64,000 nt of DNA, from contig NC_086097.1 of assembly GCF_963921235.1 (NCBI RefSeq), forward strand, positions 103,976,001-104,040,000, written 5' to 3'. Shown piece after piece: positions 13,610 through 26,704 of this stretch (its first letter is position 1; every line of letters begins with the position of its first letter). Source of the DNA: Mobula hypostoma. Taxonomy: Eukaryota. The notes under the pieces were generated by a model. It was not told the DNA's origin and made no database searches. It saw nothing but the letters and a program-made list of their open reading frames with translations. The position numbers were made by a program, and so were the translations under genes.

Positions 13610-14750
13610 TCAATGGCTCTCATCACAACAAGCCTGGGGTATTACAGGAAAGATCCTAGCATGGATAAAGCAGTGGCTGATTGGCAGGAGGCAGAGGGGG
13701 AATAAAGGGAGCTTTTTCTGGTTGACTGCTGGTGACGAGTGATGTTCCACAAGGGTCTGTGTTGGGACCAATTCTTTTATGTTATATATCAATGATTTGG
13801 ATGATGGAATTGATGACTTTGTTGCAATGGTTGCAGATGATATGAAAATAGGTGAAGGGCCAGGTAGGTTTGAGGAAGTAGAGAGGCTACAGAAGGATTT
13901 AGACAAATAAGGAGAATAGGCAAAGAAGAGGCAGATGGAATAGTGTCAGGAAATGTATGGTCATGCATTTTGGCAGAAGAAATGAAAGGGTTGACTATTT
14001 TCGAAATGGAGAGAAAATACAAAAATCTGAGGTGCAAAGGGATTTGGGAGTCCTTGTGCAGGATTCCCTAAAGTTTAATTTGCAGGTTGAGTCTGTGGTG
14101 AGGAAGGCAAATGCGAGGTTAGCATTCATTTCAAGACACTAGAATATAAAAGCAAGGATGTGACATTGAGACTTTATAAAGCATTGGTGATGTCTCACTT
14201 GGAGGATTGTGAGCAATTTTGGCCCCTTATCTTCGAAAAGACATGCTGAAACTGGAGAGGGTTCAAAGGAGGTTCACAAAAATAATTCCAGGATTGAATG
14301 GCTTGTCATGTGAAGAGCATTTGATGGCTCTGGGTTTGTATTCACTGGATTTAGAAGAATGAGAGGTGACCTCATTGAAACCTATCGACTGGCAAAAGGC
14401 CTTGAAAGAGTGGAAGTGGAAAGGCTGTTTCCTATGATGGGAGAATCTAAGACCAGAAGATATAGCCTCAGAATAGAGGGACATCCTGTTAGAACGGAGA
14501 AGAGGAAGAATTTCTTTAGCCAGAGAGTGGTGAATCAATGGAATTCATTGCCACAGGCAGCTATGGACACCAAGTCTTTATGTGTATTTAAGGCAGAGGT
14601 TGATAGATCCTTGATTGATCATGAAGAGATATGGGGAGAAGACAGGAGATTAGAGCTGAGAGTAAAAGTGGATCATCATGATGAAAGGACGGAGCAGACT
14701 CGATGGGTCAAATGGGCGAATTCTGCTCCTATATCTTATGGTCTTTACAA
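13610..14750 (+). mobile_element. Decayed CR1 RT / 3' fragment
   Basis: Remnants [26 protein letters not shown]. tcttatggtc tail. Confidence 0.85.
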
Positions 14751-14820
14751 TTTTTCCAATAATCTTGCCTTCCCACTGACACTGGACTGGACTCAATGGC
14801 CCTGGAACTAGCAGGCATGA

Positions 14821-17389
14821 ACAGAGCCTGCTGGCCCTGAAACTAGCAGGCATGAACTTCAGATTGCGGCCCTCGCCATTGATCTCGCCGGCTCCAACAC
14901 CTCAGGGCATATTCAAAACCCGGACTCCAGCAACGACCATGGACACATTCAAAGCGATTGCGCAACCACCAACTGTGACTCCAGCCTTGTACTCCAGGCC
15001 GGGTCTTTATGTGCTGCTGTTGTGACTCCTGTCTCCCCTCCCCCTACCACCACTCCGCAGCCCCGTCTTCCTCAGATCCCATCGTCAGCTCCTGGGCCCT
15101 CAGAGGCTCCATCTTCCTCTCACCCCAACCCTCCCCTCTCCACTGACACCCCCAGCCTCCCCCCTCCCCCCTCTGATCCCAGCTCTCATCCGTGCCGGGT
15201 CTTTACCATCCCCTCCGACCTTCAACTGTCGGAGGCAGAACGCTCTGTTCTCAGTAAGGGCCTCACGTTTGTTCCCCTTCGCCCACACCTCAGCGAGTTC
15301 CGTGTTCGCCATGATGCGGAACTTTTCTTCCGCCGTCTCTGTCTCCGAGCCTACTTCTTCGGCAAGGATTCTTCCACCCCCACCGATGACCCCTTCTCCC
15401 GTCTTCAACCCTCCTCTTCTTCATGGACACCCCGCTCTAGTCTTCTGCCTGCTCTGGATTTCTTTATCGCTAATTGCCGACGGGACATCAACCGTCTCGA
15501 CTTCACCGCACCTTGTCCCCATTCCAACCTCACTCCTTCGGAACGCTCTGCTCTCCACTCCCTCCGCACTAATCCTAACCTTATTATTAAACCCGCCGAT
15601 AAGGGGGGGTGCTGTTGTAGTCTGGCGTACTGACCTCTACCTTGCCGAGGCACAGCCACAACTCGCTGATACCTCCTCTTATTTACCCCTCGATCGTGAC
15701 CCCACTAAGGAGCATCAGGCCATTGTCTCCCACACCATCACCGACTTTATCCGCTCAGGGGATCTCCCATCCACTGCTACTAACCTTATAGTTCCCACAC
15801 CCGGCACTTCCCGTTTCTACCTCCTACCCAAGATCCACAAACCTGCCTGTCCTGGCCGACCTATTGTCTCAGCTTGCTCCTGCCCCACCGAACTCGTTTC
15901 TGCATACCTCAACACGGTTTTATCACCCCTTGTTCAATCCCTTCTGACCTATGTTCGTGACACTTCTCACGCTCTTAAACTTTTCAATGATTTTAAGTTC
16001 CCTGGCCCCCACCGCTTTATTTTCACCATGGACGTCCAGTCCTTATATACTTCCATCCCCCATCAGGATGGTCTCAAAGCTCTACGCTCCTTTTTGGATT
16101 CCAGACCTAATCAGTTCCCCTCTACCACCACTCTGCTCCGTCTAGCGGAATTAGTCCTTACTCTTAATAATTTCTCCTTTGGCTCCTCCCACTTCCTCCA
16201 AACTAAAGGTGTAGCTATGGGCACCCATATGGGTTCTAGCTATGCCTGCCTTTTTGTTGGGTTTGTGGAACAATCTATGTTCCGTGCCTATTCTGGTATC
16301 TGTCCCCCACTTTTCCTTCGCTACATCGACAACTGCATTGGCACTGCTTCCTGCACGCATGCAGAACTCATTGACTTTATTAACTTTGCCTCCAACTTTC
16401 ACCCTGCCCTCAAGTTTACCTGGTCCGTTTCCGACACCTCCCTCCCCTTTCTAGATCTTTCTGTCTCTGTCTCTGGAGACAGCTTATCCACTGATGTCTA
16501 CTATAAGCCTACTGACTCTCACAGCTATCTGGACTATTCCTCTTCTCACCCTGTCTCTTGCAAAAACGCCATCCCCTTCTCGCAATTCCTCCGTCTCTGC
16601 CGCATCTGCTCTCAGGATGAGGCTTTTCATTCTAGGACGAGGGAGATGTCTTCCTTTTTTAAAGAAAGGGGCTTCCCTTCCTCCACTATCAACTCTGCTC
16701 TTAAACGCATCTCCCCCATTTCACGTACATCTGCTCTCACTCCATCCTCCCGCCACCCCACTAGGAATAGGGTTCCCCTGGTCCTCACCTACCACCCCAC
16801 CAGCCTCCGGGTCCAACATATTATTCTCCGTAACTTCCGCCACCTCCAACAGGATCCCACCACTAAGCACATCTTTCCCTCCCTCCCTCTCTCTGCATTC
16901 CGCAGCGATCGCTCCCTACACAACTCCCTTGTCCATTCGTTCCCCCCATCCCTCCCCACTCATCTCCCTCCTGGCACTTATCCGTGTAAGCGGAACAAGT
17001 GCTACACATGCCCTTACACTTCCTCCCTTACCACCATTCAAGGCCCCAAACTGTCCTTCCAGGTGAGGCAACACTTCACCTGTGAGTCGACTGGGGTGAT
17101 ATACTGCGTCCGGTGCTCCCGATGTGGCCTTTTATATATTGGCGAGACCCGACGCAGACTGGGAGACCGCTTTGCTGAACATCTACGCTCTGTCCGCCAG
17201 AGAAAGCAGGATCTCCCAGTGGCCACACATTTTAATTCCACATCCCATTCCCATTCTGACATGTCTATCCACGGCCTCCTCTACTGTAAAGATGAAGCCA
17301 CACTCAGGTTGGAGGAACAACACCTTATATTCCGTCTGGGTAGCCTCCAACCTGATGGCATGAACATCGACTTCTCTAACTTCTGCTAA
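14821..17389 (+). pseudogene. PLE RT/GIY-YIG ORF with one frameshift and a YIDD>YIDN change
   Basis: Frame of ORF 15022-15633 (open from ~14812) joins the frame of 15269-17389 at a 7-G run at ~15603-15609. The RT catalytic motif reads RYIDN. Confidence 0.85.
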
Positions 17390-17685
17390 GGCCCCACCTC
17401 CCCCTCGTACCCCATCTGTTACTTATTTTTATGCACACGTTCTTTCTCCCACTCTCCTTTTTCTCCCTCTGTCCCTCTGAATATACCTCTTGCCCATCCT
17501 CTGGGTCCCCCCCACCCCTTGTCTTTCTTCCCGGACCTCCTGTCCCATGATCCTCTCGTATCCCCTTTTGCCTATCACTTGTCCAGCTCTTGGCTCTATC
17601 CATCCCCCTTCTGTCTTCTCCTATCATTTTGGATCTCCCCCTCCCCCTCCAACTTTCAAATCCCTTACTCACTCTTCCTTCAGTT

Positions 17686-17721
17686 AGTCCTGACGAAGGG
17701 TCTCGGCCTGAAACGTCGACT
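17686..17721 (+). ncRNA. Minimal type I hammerhead ribozyme motif in PLE 3' region
   Basis: AGTC-CTGACGA-AGG(gtctcgg)CCT-GAAA-CGTC-GACT: stem I, conserved core, stem II, GUC triplet. Confidence 0.8.
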
Positions 17722-18169
17722 GCACCTCTTCCTACAGATGCTGCCTGGCCTGCTGCGTTCACCAGCAACTTTGATGTGTGTTGCTTGACTTTCCAGCATC
17801 TGCAGAATTCCTGTTGTTTGGCCTGTAATTATGTTGCTTACCCCTGTCTCCTCCTGCTGATCTCCTCCAGTCGTCTGGCACCTCATCTGTGACCAGTGAA
17901 GATTCAGAAATCTCTAACAGGGTCCCAGAAATCTCATCCCTTGCTTCTCATAGCAACTTGTGATGAATCACATCTGGTCCTGGGCATTTATCCATCTTTA
18001 ATCCACATAATGCCTCCCCTTTTTGTTCCAGAAATCCATCACTTTCCTCCCTAATTTCTCCAGCCATGATGTCCTTTGTCACATCATGTTGTCTTTTATT
18101 TCCTAATGGGTCTCATATTTTCCCTGGTTGCCGCCTTGCTCTTGGTATATAAAATCCTTTAATACTTTG

Positions 18170-19810
18170 ACTTAAAGTTAAAGTCAATTATATTGTCATT
18201 TGCACAAATACACGTATGCACAGGTGCAAAAACACACTTGCAGTAGCATCATAGACATACAGCAGGAGATTAGCAGCACTCCCAAAGAAAAAGACAAAGA
18301 AAACAGAAATTATACAAGAAGTGTGGAGGATCAGAGGGATCTTGGGATCCGAGTCCATAGGACACTCAAAGCTGCTGTGCAGGTTGACTCTGTGGTTAAG
18401 AAAGCATACGGTACATTGGCCTTCATTAATCTTGGGGTTGAGTTTAAGAGCTGAGAGGTAATGTTGCAGCTATATAGGACCTGGTCAGACCTCACTTGGT
18501 GTACAGTGCTCATTTCTGGTCGCCTCACTACAGGAAGGATGTGGAAACCATAGAAAGGGTGCAGAGGAGATTTACAAGGATGATGCCTGGATTGGGGAGC
18601 ATGCCTTATGAGAATAGGTTGAGTGAACTCGGCCTTTTCTCCTTGGAGTGACGGAGGATGAGAGGTGACCTGATAGAGGTGTTCAAGATAATGAGAGGCA
18701 TTGATTGTGTGGATAGTCAGAGGCTTTTTCCCAGGGCTGAAATGGATAGCACGAGAGGGCCCAGTTTTAAGGTGCTTGGAAGTAAGGTACAGAGGAGATG
18801 TCAGGGATAAGTTTTTTATGCAAAGAGTGGTGAGTGCGTGGAATGGGCTGCTGGTGACGGTGGTGGAGGCGGATACGATAGATTCTTTTAGGATACTCCT
18901 GGACAGGTACATGGAGCTTAGAAAAATAGAGGGCTATGAGTAAACCTAGGTAATTTCTAAGGTAAGGACATGTTTGTCACAGCTTTGTGGGCTGAAGGGC
19001 CTGTAAGGCGCTGTAGGTTTTCTATGTTTCTAATATAATTAGAACAAAAAAAAATCAAGTCCATTTTAGTGCAAAGAGATCAAAGTAGTCATAGAATTGC
19101 TGAACTGCAGTGAACAGTTGGTTCAGGGTCTGTTGATGGGGGTAGTGAGTGGAGAGAGCCCTGATGTACCGGCCTGAGTCCATCACTCCCTGCAGCTTCT
19201 CTCATTCCCGTGTATCTGAGGGGCTGTACCACCCCTTGGTGCAACTAGCTGAAAGCTACTGTCAACAGTTTGTCCGTAAAATTTTGTGAGAGTGTTCAGC
19301 GACAAGTTGAACCTCTTTAACAGCCTAAGAAAGTAAAGATGCTGGTGCACCTCTACTGTGATTGCTTCTGTGTTCTGAGTCAAGGGCAGTTTGTCCAATA
19401 TGTTAATAGCCAAGAATTTAAAGCCACTGATTCTCTTCACCACTGACTGGTGTGTGTTTGCCCTTCTTCCCCTTCCTGAAGTTAGCAACAACTCCTTTGT
19501 TATGCTGATGTTAAGTGAGAGGATATTGTTGTAGCACCACTCAACCAGATGTCCCATCTCACTCTTGTACATTGACTTATCATGACTTGTGATTCATCCA
19601 GCAGAACAGATTTTGTTGGTGAATTCATATATGGCACAGGAGCCGTGCTTAGCCGCACACTTGTGTGTGTAGAGTACAGCAGGAGGCTGAGCACGCAGCC
19701 CTGAGGTGCACCTGTGTTGGTGCTCAGCAAAGAGGACCTGTTAGCTGTCCTCTCTGACTGAGGTCTCCCGATGAGGAAATCAAGTGTCCAGTTGCAGAGG
19801 GAGATACCCA
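18170..19810 (-). mobile_element. Old Rex1/Babar(L2-like) LINE 3' part, interrupted by a CR1
   Basis: [26 protein letters not shown] and HLYFLRLLKRF in minus-strand ORFs. Confidence 0.75.
18321..19032 (+). mobile_element. CR1 3' fragment
   Basis: SVEDQRDLGIRVHRTLK... with ttctatgtttct tail. Confidence 0.88.
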
Positions 19811-21799
19811 GCCTGGTGTTTTGTTCATCCTCTTTGCCCTCCTTACTTCTATTTTCAGTAGCATCCTACGTTCTCTACTCCTGATGGGCTTCACTTGTTT
19901 TCAATGCCCTATGCTTCCTTTTCCCTTTGTCAAACCCTCGGTATGCGTGGATATCCGGTATGCAGTGAGCTTGTTGTTCTTACTTTATGCTCACAACTTC
20001 ATTTTTCTCCCATGTTCAAACCTTCACTCCCTCTAAGCTTTTCACATCAAGGCAATCCTTGGTCCCATGAAGGGACTTGGTATGAAATATCATTTCCCTG
20101 CATAGATGCTGCCTGACTTACTGAGCTTCTGCAGCGTTTTGGGGGTGTCGATCCTTATTCGTATTAGATATAGTAACCAACATTAACTTCCCTCTTCTAC
20201 TATAACTCTGACTGGATGTTGTCCACACATTTGCTCCTCTATCTCTTGATCTCTTGCTGACTTTGGGAGGCCTGTTGCCAATCTATATTGTCAGGAAAGT
20301 GATCACCCTTTTTTTCGGTTCCTGAATTCTACCAATCCCGTATAAAGAACCATCAACGCTATCTTCCCTGATTACCCCTAATACTGCCTGATTAATATTC
20401 CTCTTTTCCATTGCCATAGCTCTCCCAATCATGCCTGGAGATTCTGCTCACTGGAAGGTGGCATTGCCAGCCCGATCTACTTTTTAACCCAAGCTTCAGC
20501 AAGGGTTCACAGCCATAATTCTGCTGATACCTTGCACATCATTGTTTTAACCAAGTATTTTTCTCAAAATTTCCTGTCATTATCTTATGCAACAAGGCCG
20601 CTCAATATTAAAGATATATATTATTTAAAATATAATGAATAACCTGGATGGATTTCAAGGAGGTAACTCATCCCAAGCTTCCAGTGACAGCTGCACACTG
20701 CAGCAACCACATCCTTCAGTGTAAACTGAAACTCTTGATCAGATTACTAGTTTAAATAATTTCTGGAGCCTTCACAGCATCTTACTGTCTGCATGGTGAA
20801 TGAGATAATCTCTCCTCAGCACCCATAATTGAACCAAGTATTAGGCTCATGGCTTAGTATGGCAACTGCTCAGTCCAGGACTGCAAGAAACTGACACAGA
20901 CAAGTCCGTTACAAAATTAAACTTCCCCTCCATTGACCCTGTCTGCTGCCTTGGGAACATAATCAAAGACCCTTCCACTCCGGGCTTCTCACTTCTCCCC
21001 ATTCCCATTGGGCAGAAGATACAAAACCCTAAGAACGTGAACCCCCAGGTCAAGGACAGCCTCTATCCTGCTGCTTTTAGACTCACTCCTGAACAGAACT
21101 CTTGATCTCCCAATCTATCTTGTCAGGATCCGTGTACCTTATTATTGACTTGCAGTGCACGTTTCCTGTATCTGCCACACTGTGTTCTGCTTTCTGCTTT
21201 CCCTTTTACTCCCTCAATGTACATCTATGGCATGATCTTTCAGGATGATATGCAAAAAGGAACCCTTATTATAAGCCAATACAATATATCAAACAAAAAT
21301 TATTCCAAACCAAATTAGGCAATATTATGGCAGATGGTCAAAAGCATGGTCAGAGTTTCATTTTAAGGAGTGCCACTAGAGCAGGGGTTCCCAATTTTTG
21401 TTATGCCATGGACGCCTACTATTAACCATGTTGGGAACGCCTGCACCAGAGGGAAAGGTGAATGGAGTTGGAGAAGTTTAACAAGAGAATTCCAGTATTT
21501 AGGGCCAGTTGAAGTAAGGACATATTTTGAGAGATGGGGATGGTTAGGGGTCCATCAAGGGAGGAACACATGTCTGTGGGTTATACGGTATCAGGGAGTG
21601 GGGTGGAGTGTCATAGAAGAACTGACAAGGAGGCTGTGAGCTTCTGATTTGTAGGACTGTATGACTGTGATCAATGTGAATCAGACGACACAGTGATGGT
21701 GGGAGAACTGGATAGTATGAGTAAGGAGCAAAGTTCTAAATGACCTCAGATTACAGCAAGTGGAAGAGTTTTCCTGATATAATACAGATGGAGATTAAA

Positions 21800-24785
21800 T
21801 TCAGCATGGGAACTGGAACCATAATGATATCAGGTGATGTGTTAGAGGAAAAAGGCAACCATAATGCTCGGCAGAAGTTACACCCAAGTGCAGGACACAG
21901 GAGACTGGGTGACAGTCAGGAAGGGGAAAGGGGTTAGGGAGCCAGTACCGAGCTCCCCTGGGGCCACCCTCCTCAACAACAGGTATATCACTTTGGATAC
22001 TTTTGTTGGGGGAGGGGGTTGGGGGGGTGACTGAACAGAGGAAAGTCACAGTGATCAGGGCTCTGGCACTGAGTCTGATTTTACAACTCAGAAGGGACTG
22101 GAGGAGAATGGACAAGCTGTGGTGAAGGGGGATTCGTTCGTTAGGGGAACAGAAAGGAGGTTCTGTGAGTGACAACAAGATTCCTGAATGATATGTTGCC
22201 TCCCAGTTGCCAAGGTCTGGGACATCTTGGATCAAGTCTTCAGTGCTCTTAAGTGAGAAGGGGAACAGGCTGAAGTTGTAGTCCACGTAGGTACCAATGA
22301 AATAGGTAAGGAGAGTGTCAAGGTTCTGCAGACGAGTTCAGGAAGTTCAGTGCTAAGTTAAAGGGCAGGACCACTGGGGTTGTGATCTCAGGATTGCTAC
22401 CTGTGCCACATGCTTGTGAGGACAGAAATAGCAAGATTATAAAGTTTAACATGTGGCTAAGGGGTTGGTGTAGTGGAGGGGGCATGAGATTTTTGGATTA
22501 TTGGGCTCTCTTCCAGGCAAGGTGGGACCTGTACAGAAGGGACAATTTATACCTGAACTGGAAGGGGACTAATATCCTAGTGGGGTGGGGGGAGGGATTT
22601 AAACGACAGTTGCAGGGGGATGGGATCCAGAGTGCCAGAACAAATCGTGGAGAGGTTGTGGAGACAAATGTTGTTAAGATCTCAGACAAAGACGAGAATC
22701 AAAAGGTTGAGCATGGTGTGACTAGTTCCTGAGCTGTGTATATTTCAGTGTGAGAGGTATTGCAGGAAAGGCAGATGAGTTCAGTGGATGGATAACATAT
22801 GGAATTATGATATTGTAGCCATTAGTGAGACTTGCTTGCAGGAGGAGCAGGTCTGACAACTGAATATTCCCAGGGTTCTGTTGTTTTAGATGCGCCAGAG
22901 TGGGAGGGATTAAAGGAGGAGGGGAGGCATTACTAGTCAGGGAAAATGTCATGGCAGTGCTCGGCTAGGACAGACTGGAGAACTTGTATAGTAACGTGTT
23001 GTGGGTGGAAATGAGGAATAAGAAAAGTATCTGAATCACAAACAAGAGACTCAGTCTTGGCCCAAAACATCGATGGTTTATTCTTTTCCATAGATGCTGC
23101 CTGGCCTGCTACATCCCTCCAGCATTTTATGCGTGATAATGAGAAAGGTATGACCACATTAATGGGGCTATATTACAGAGCACGTAACAGTCTGTGGCAT
23201 ATAGAGGAACAAATCTGTAAAGAGATCACAGACTGTTGAAAGAAACATAAGGTTGTTATAGTCGGTGATTTCAACTTTCCACATAGTGACTGGGAATCTC
23301 ATACTGTAAAAGGGCTGGAGTTTGTCAGATGTGTTCCGGAAATTTTCCTTCATCAGTACAAAGCAGTCCTGACAAGAGAGTGCGTGATACTGAATCTGCT
23401 ATTAGGGAATGAGACAGGGTCGATGATTGAAGTTTGCAATAAGTGATCACAATGCCACTAATTTCAAAGTAAATATAGGTCTGGTCGTCAGATGAGATTC
23501 TAAATTGGATAAAGGCCAGTTTTGATGGTATCAGAAAGTTTAAGGGTTTTATTGATAGTGTGGAGTGCTGTCAGAGGTTACAGTGGGACATCGATGGGAT
23601 GCAAAACTGGGCTGAGAAGTGGCAGATGGAGTTCAACTCAGATAAGTGTGATGTGGTTCATTTTGGTAGGTCAAATATGATGGCAGAATATAGTGTTAAT
23701 GGTAAGACTCTTGGCAGTGTGGAGGATCAGAGGGATCTTGGGGTCCAAGTCCATAGGACCCTCAAGGCTGCTGTGCAGGTTGACTCTGTGGTTAAGAAAG
23801 CATATGGTGTATTGGCCCTCGTCAATCATGGGATTGCGTTTAAGAGCCGAGGGGTAATGTTATAGTTATATAGAACCCTGGTCAGACCCAGTTTGGAGTA
23901 CTGTGCTCAGTTCTGGTCACCTCACTACAGGAAGGATGTGGAAACACACTACTATTTATGGTTTTATTACTATTTAATTATTTATGGTGCAACTGTAACG
24001 AAAACCAATTTACCCTGGGATCGATGAAGTATGACTATGACTATGACTAAACTACAGAAAGGGTGCAAGGAGATTTACAAAGATGTTGCCTGAATTGGAG
24101 AGCATGTCCTATGAGAACACGTTGAGTGAACTCGGTCTTTTCTCCTTGGAGTAATGGATGAGAGGTGACCTGATAGAGGTGTATAAGATGATGAAAGGCA
24201 TTGATTTTGTGAATAGTCAGAGGCTTTTTCCCAGAGTTGAAATGGCTAACATGAGAGGGCACAGTTTTAAGGTGTTTGGAAGTAGGTACGGAGGAGATGT
24301 CAGGGGTAGGTTTTTTACGCAGAGGGTGGTGATTGCGTGGAACGGGCTGCCGGCAACAGTGGTGAAGGCAGATGCAATAGGGTCTTTTAAGAGACTCCTG
24401 GATAGATACATGGAGCTTAGAAAAATAGGGGGCTATGGGTAACCCTAGGTAATTTCTAAAATATGTTCGGCATGGCATTGTGGGCCAAAGGACCTGTATT
24501 GTGCTGTAGTTTTTCTATGTTTCTATGATCAGGCAAGTGCTGATTGGGAGAGGCTATTTTCTGGCAAAGGTGTACATGGTAAAGTGGGAGGCCTTCAAAA
24601 GTGAAAATTTGAGAGTACGAAGCTTGTACGGTTCTGTCAGAATGAAATGTAAAGATAGTAAGTTAAAGGAACCTCGGTTTTCTAGAGATGTTGAGGCCCT
24701 AGTATAAGCAGAAAGGAACAAATGAGGTGCTTATGGAATATCAGAGATGTAAGAGAACATTTCGGAAAGAAATCAGGAGGGTTAA
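21800..24785 (+). mobile_element. Old CR1 (ORF1 esterase + APE remnants) containing a younger CR1 3' fragment (~23545-24525), a PLE tail (23031-23137) and a Rex-type tail (~23947-24047)
   Basis: ISGLLPVP and GLYYR remnants. The APE-region sequence resumes after 24525. (ACTATG)n tail at ~24030-24047. Confidence 0.75.
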
Positions 24786-25510
24786 AAGTTCAAAGTTCAA
24801 AGGTTCATTTATAATTAAAGAATTCAACTTTACAATTCTTCTTTTCCAGGTGGCTACGAAACCAAGAAAGAAAAGAACAGCAACACGATTGTCAATCCCC
24901 AAGTCCCTCCTCTCCGCACAAAAAAAATGAACAAAAATGGGACAGGCACATTGACCCCCAAATAGCCCTCCCACACACACAAAAAAAATCAAGAAAGATC
25001 AGGTGAAAACACAGAATACAAAATAACCATAAATCAAAATCCAAACGCAGAAAATCTGGGCAACACTCACCCTCTCCGTAGCAGAATGATCTCAGTAGTG
25101 ATAAAAAGGCAGTCTCCTCTCTCCGTAGCAGAGTGATGCCCAGCGATAAAAAGGCAGACTCCCCTCTCATACCAGAACAATCTCACCAGCTATAAAAAGG
25201 CAGGCAGCCGGCGTTTCAATCTTCCTCATTGCTTTAATTTGTTAAATTGAGTCGAACAGTAGCTTGCATGCTTCTCACCACGAGGTTCCCGCACGCTGCC
25301 TCTGCCTCCCAGAATCCTCTCGGAGACTACAGAGCACTGAAACAGCCAAACAATCTCCAAACTGCAAATCACAGGCTCCAACAATTCCAGAATCACATTC
25401 AAGACAAAAAACAAACGTAAAAGACATAAAAGAAGTGAAATATATATTTTCAGGATCTATCCAGAAGATGTTGATCAAAGGACCGTTGTATGCAGGCGCC
25501 ATCTTGAGCT
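24785..25510 (-). mobile_element. ~720-bp non-coding retroposon-like element (5' CAAGATGGCGCC, 3' (AACTTTG)n tail)
   Basis: ggcgccatcttg at 25495-25506. Tail aaagttcaaagttcaaag at ~24785. Internal ~44-bp imperfect repeats at ~25070-25205. Confidence 0.5.
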
Positions 25511-25524
25511 AAAGTCCTAATCTA

Positions 25525-26670
25525 TTCAAAGTAAAATTTATTATCAGAGTATATACATGTCACCACGTACAACCCTGATGTGTTTTTACTGTGAGCATAC
25601 TTAGCAAATCGATAGAACAGTAACTGTAAACAGGGTCAATGGACAACAAATGGTGCAACTGCAAAAATAAACAAGCATGAAATAACAATACAACAGAGTC
25701 CTTATAAATGAGTGTAGCTGTCCCCTTTTGTTCAAGAGCCTGACGGCTGAAGGGTAGTAACTGATCTTGAACCTGATGATAGTCCTAAGGCACCTGTACC
25801 TTCTACCTGATGGGAGCAACGAGAAAAGAGCATGGCCTGGGTGATGAGGATCTTTGATAGATGCTGTTTCTCTACGGGATATTTTGTGTAGATGTACTCC
25901 ATGCTTGGAAAGGTTTTACCCGTGATGTATTGGGCCGAATCCACTACCTTTTGTAGGATCTGCTGCTCAAAGACTTTGGTGTTCCCGTACCAGACCGTAA
26001 TGCAGCCTGTCAGCACACTTTCCACCTCACGTACATAGAGGCTTTTGATGATATGCCAAACCTCCGCAGACTCCTGAGGAAGTAGAGGTGCTGTTGTGCT
26101 TTCTTTTCAATAATATTTAGATGATGGGTCCAGGACAGGTCCTCTGAGATAGTGACGCTCAGGAATTTAAAGTTACTGACCCTCTTCACCTCTGATCCTC
26201 CGATGATTACTGGCACATGGACCTCTGGTTTCCCTCTCCTGAAGTCTACAATCAGTTCCTTGGTCTTGCTGACATTGAGTGAGAGGCTGTTGTTATTACA
26301 CCACTCGGCCAAGTTTTCAATCTCCCTCCTGTACGCTGTTTCATCACCACCTTTGGTATAGCCCACGACAGTGATGTCATCAGCAAACTTGTATATCGTG
26401 CTGAGGCTGTACTTAGCCACACAGTCATAGGTATAAAGTGAGTAGAGCAGGGGGCTAAACACACATCCCTGTGGTGCTCCCATCCTGATGGAAATTGTTT
26501 AGGAGATGTTTTCGCTAATCTGAACTGACTGGGTCTACAAGCGAGGAAATCCAGGATCTAATTGCACAAGGGGATATTGAGGACCAGGTCTTGGGAGCTT
26601 ACTGAACATTTCTGAGGGGATGATGGTGCTAAATGCTGAGCTGAAATTGATAAAGTGCATCCTGATGTAG
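25525..26670 (-). mobile_element. Rex1/Babar-type LINE RT / 3' fragment
   Basis: GAPQGCVFSPLLYSLYT, KFADDITVVG, LNVSKTKELIVDFRR, LPSGRRYR. Confidence 0.85.
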
Positions 26671-26704
26671 TCATCTTTGGCTCTTCACACAACACAGGAA
26701 TTGT

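Larger units (their letters stand above)
1228..13610 (+). mobile_element. Degenerate chromoviral Ty3/Gypsy LTR retrotransposon (PR-RT-RNaseH-IN-chromodomain, PPT, probable start of 3' LTR), split by nested insertions
   Basis: WLTQHNPSVHW (protease end, ~3410); PYDCAIDLLP (~4075); [17 protein letters not shown] (RT); MEVDAADIGVGAVLS (RNaseH, ~4900); WTDHKNL and RQARWALFF (~8830-8910); RRYWWP and RPWVHVSMDFVTGL (integrase); [17 protein letters not shown] (chromodomain, ~13180); purine tract at ~13315-13327. Confidence 0.9.
14797..17820 (+). mobile_element. Penelope-like element (RT + GIY-YIG endonuclease), 5'-truncated
   Basis: LSKGLTFVP, KPADKGG, LPKIHKP, GRPIVS, MDVQSLYTSIP, GVAMG, and C-terminal GVIYCVRCSRCGLLYIGETRRRLGDRFAEH. 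Pyrimidine-rich 3' region with a hammerhead motif. Confidence 0.93.

Noticed and set aside
14797..17820. PLE as an active element
   Set aside because: 5'-truncated, frameshifted at the G-run, and YIDD mutated to YIDN.
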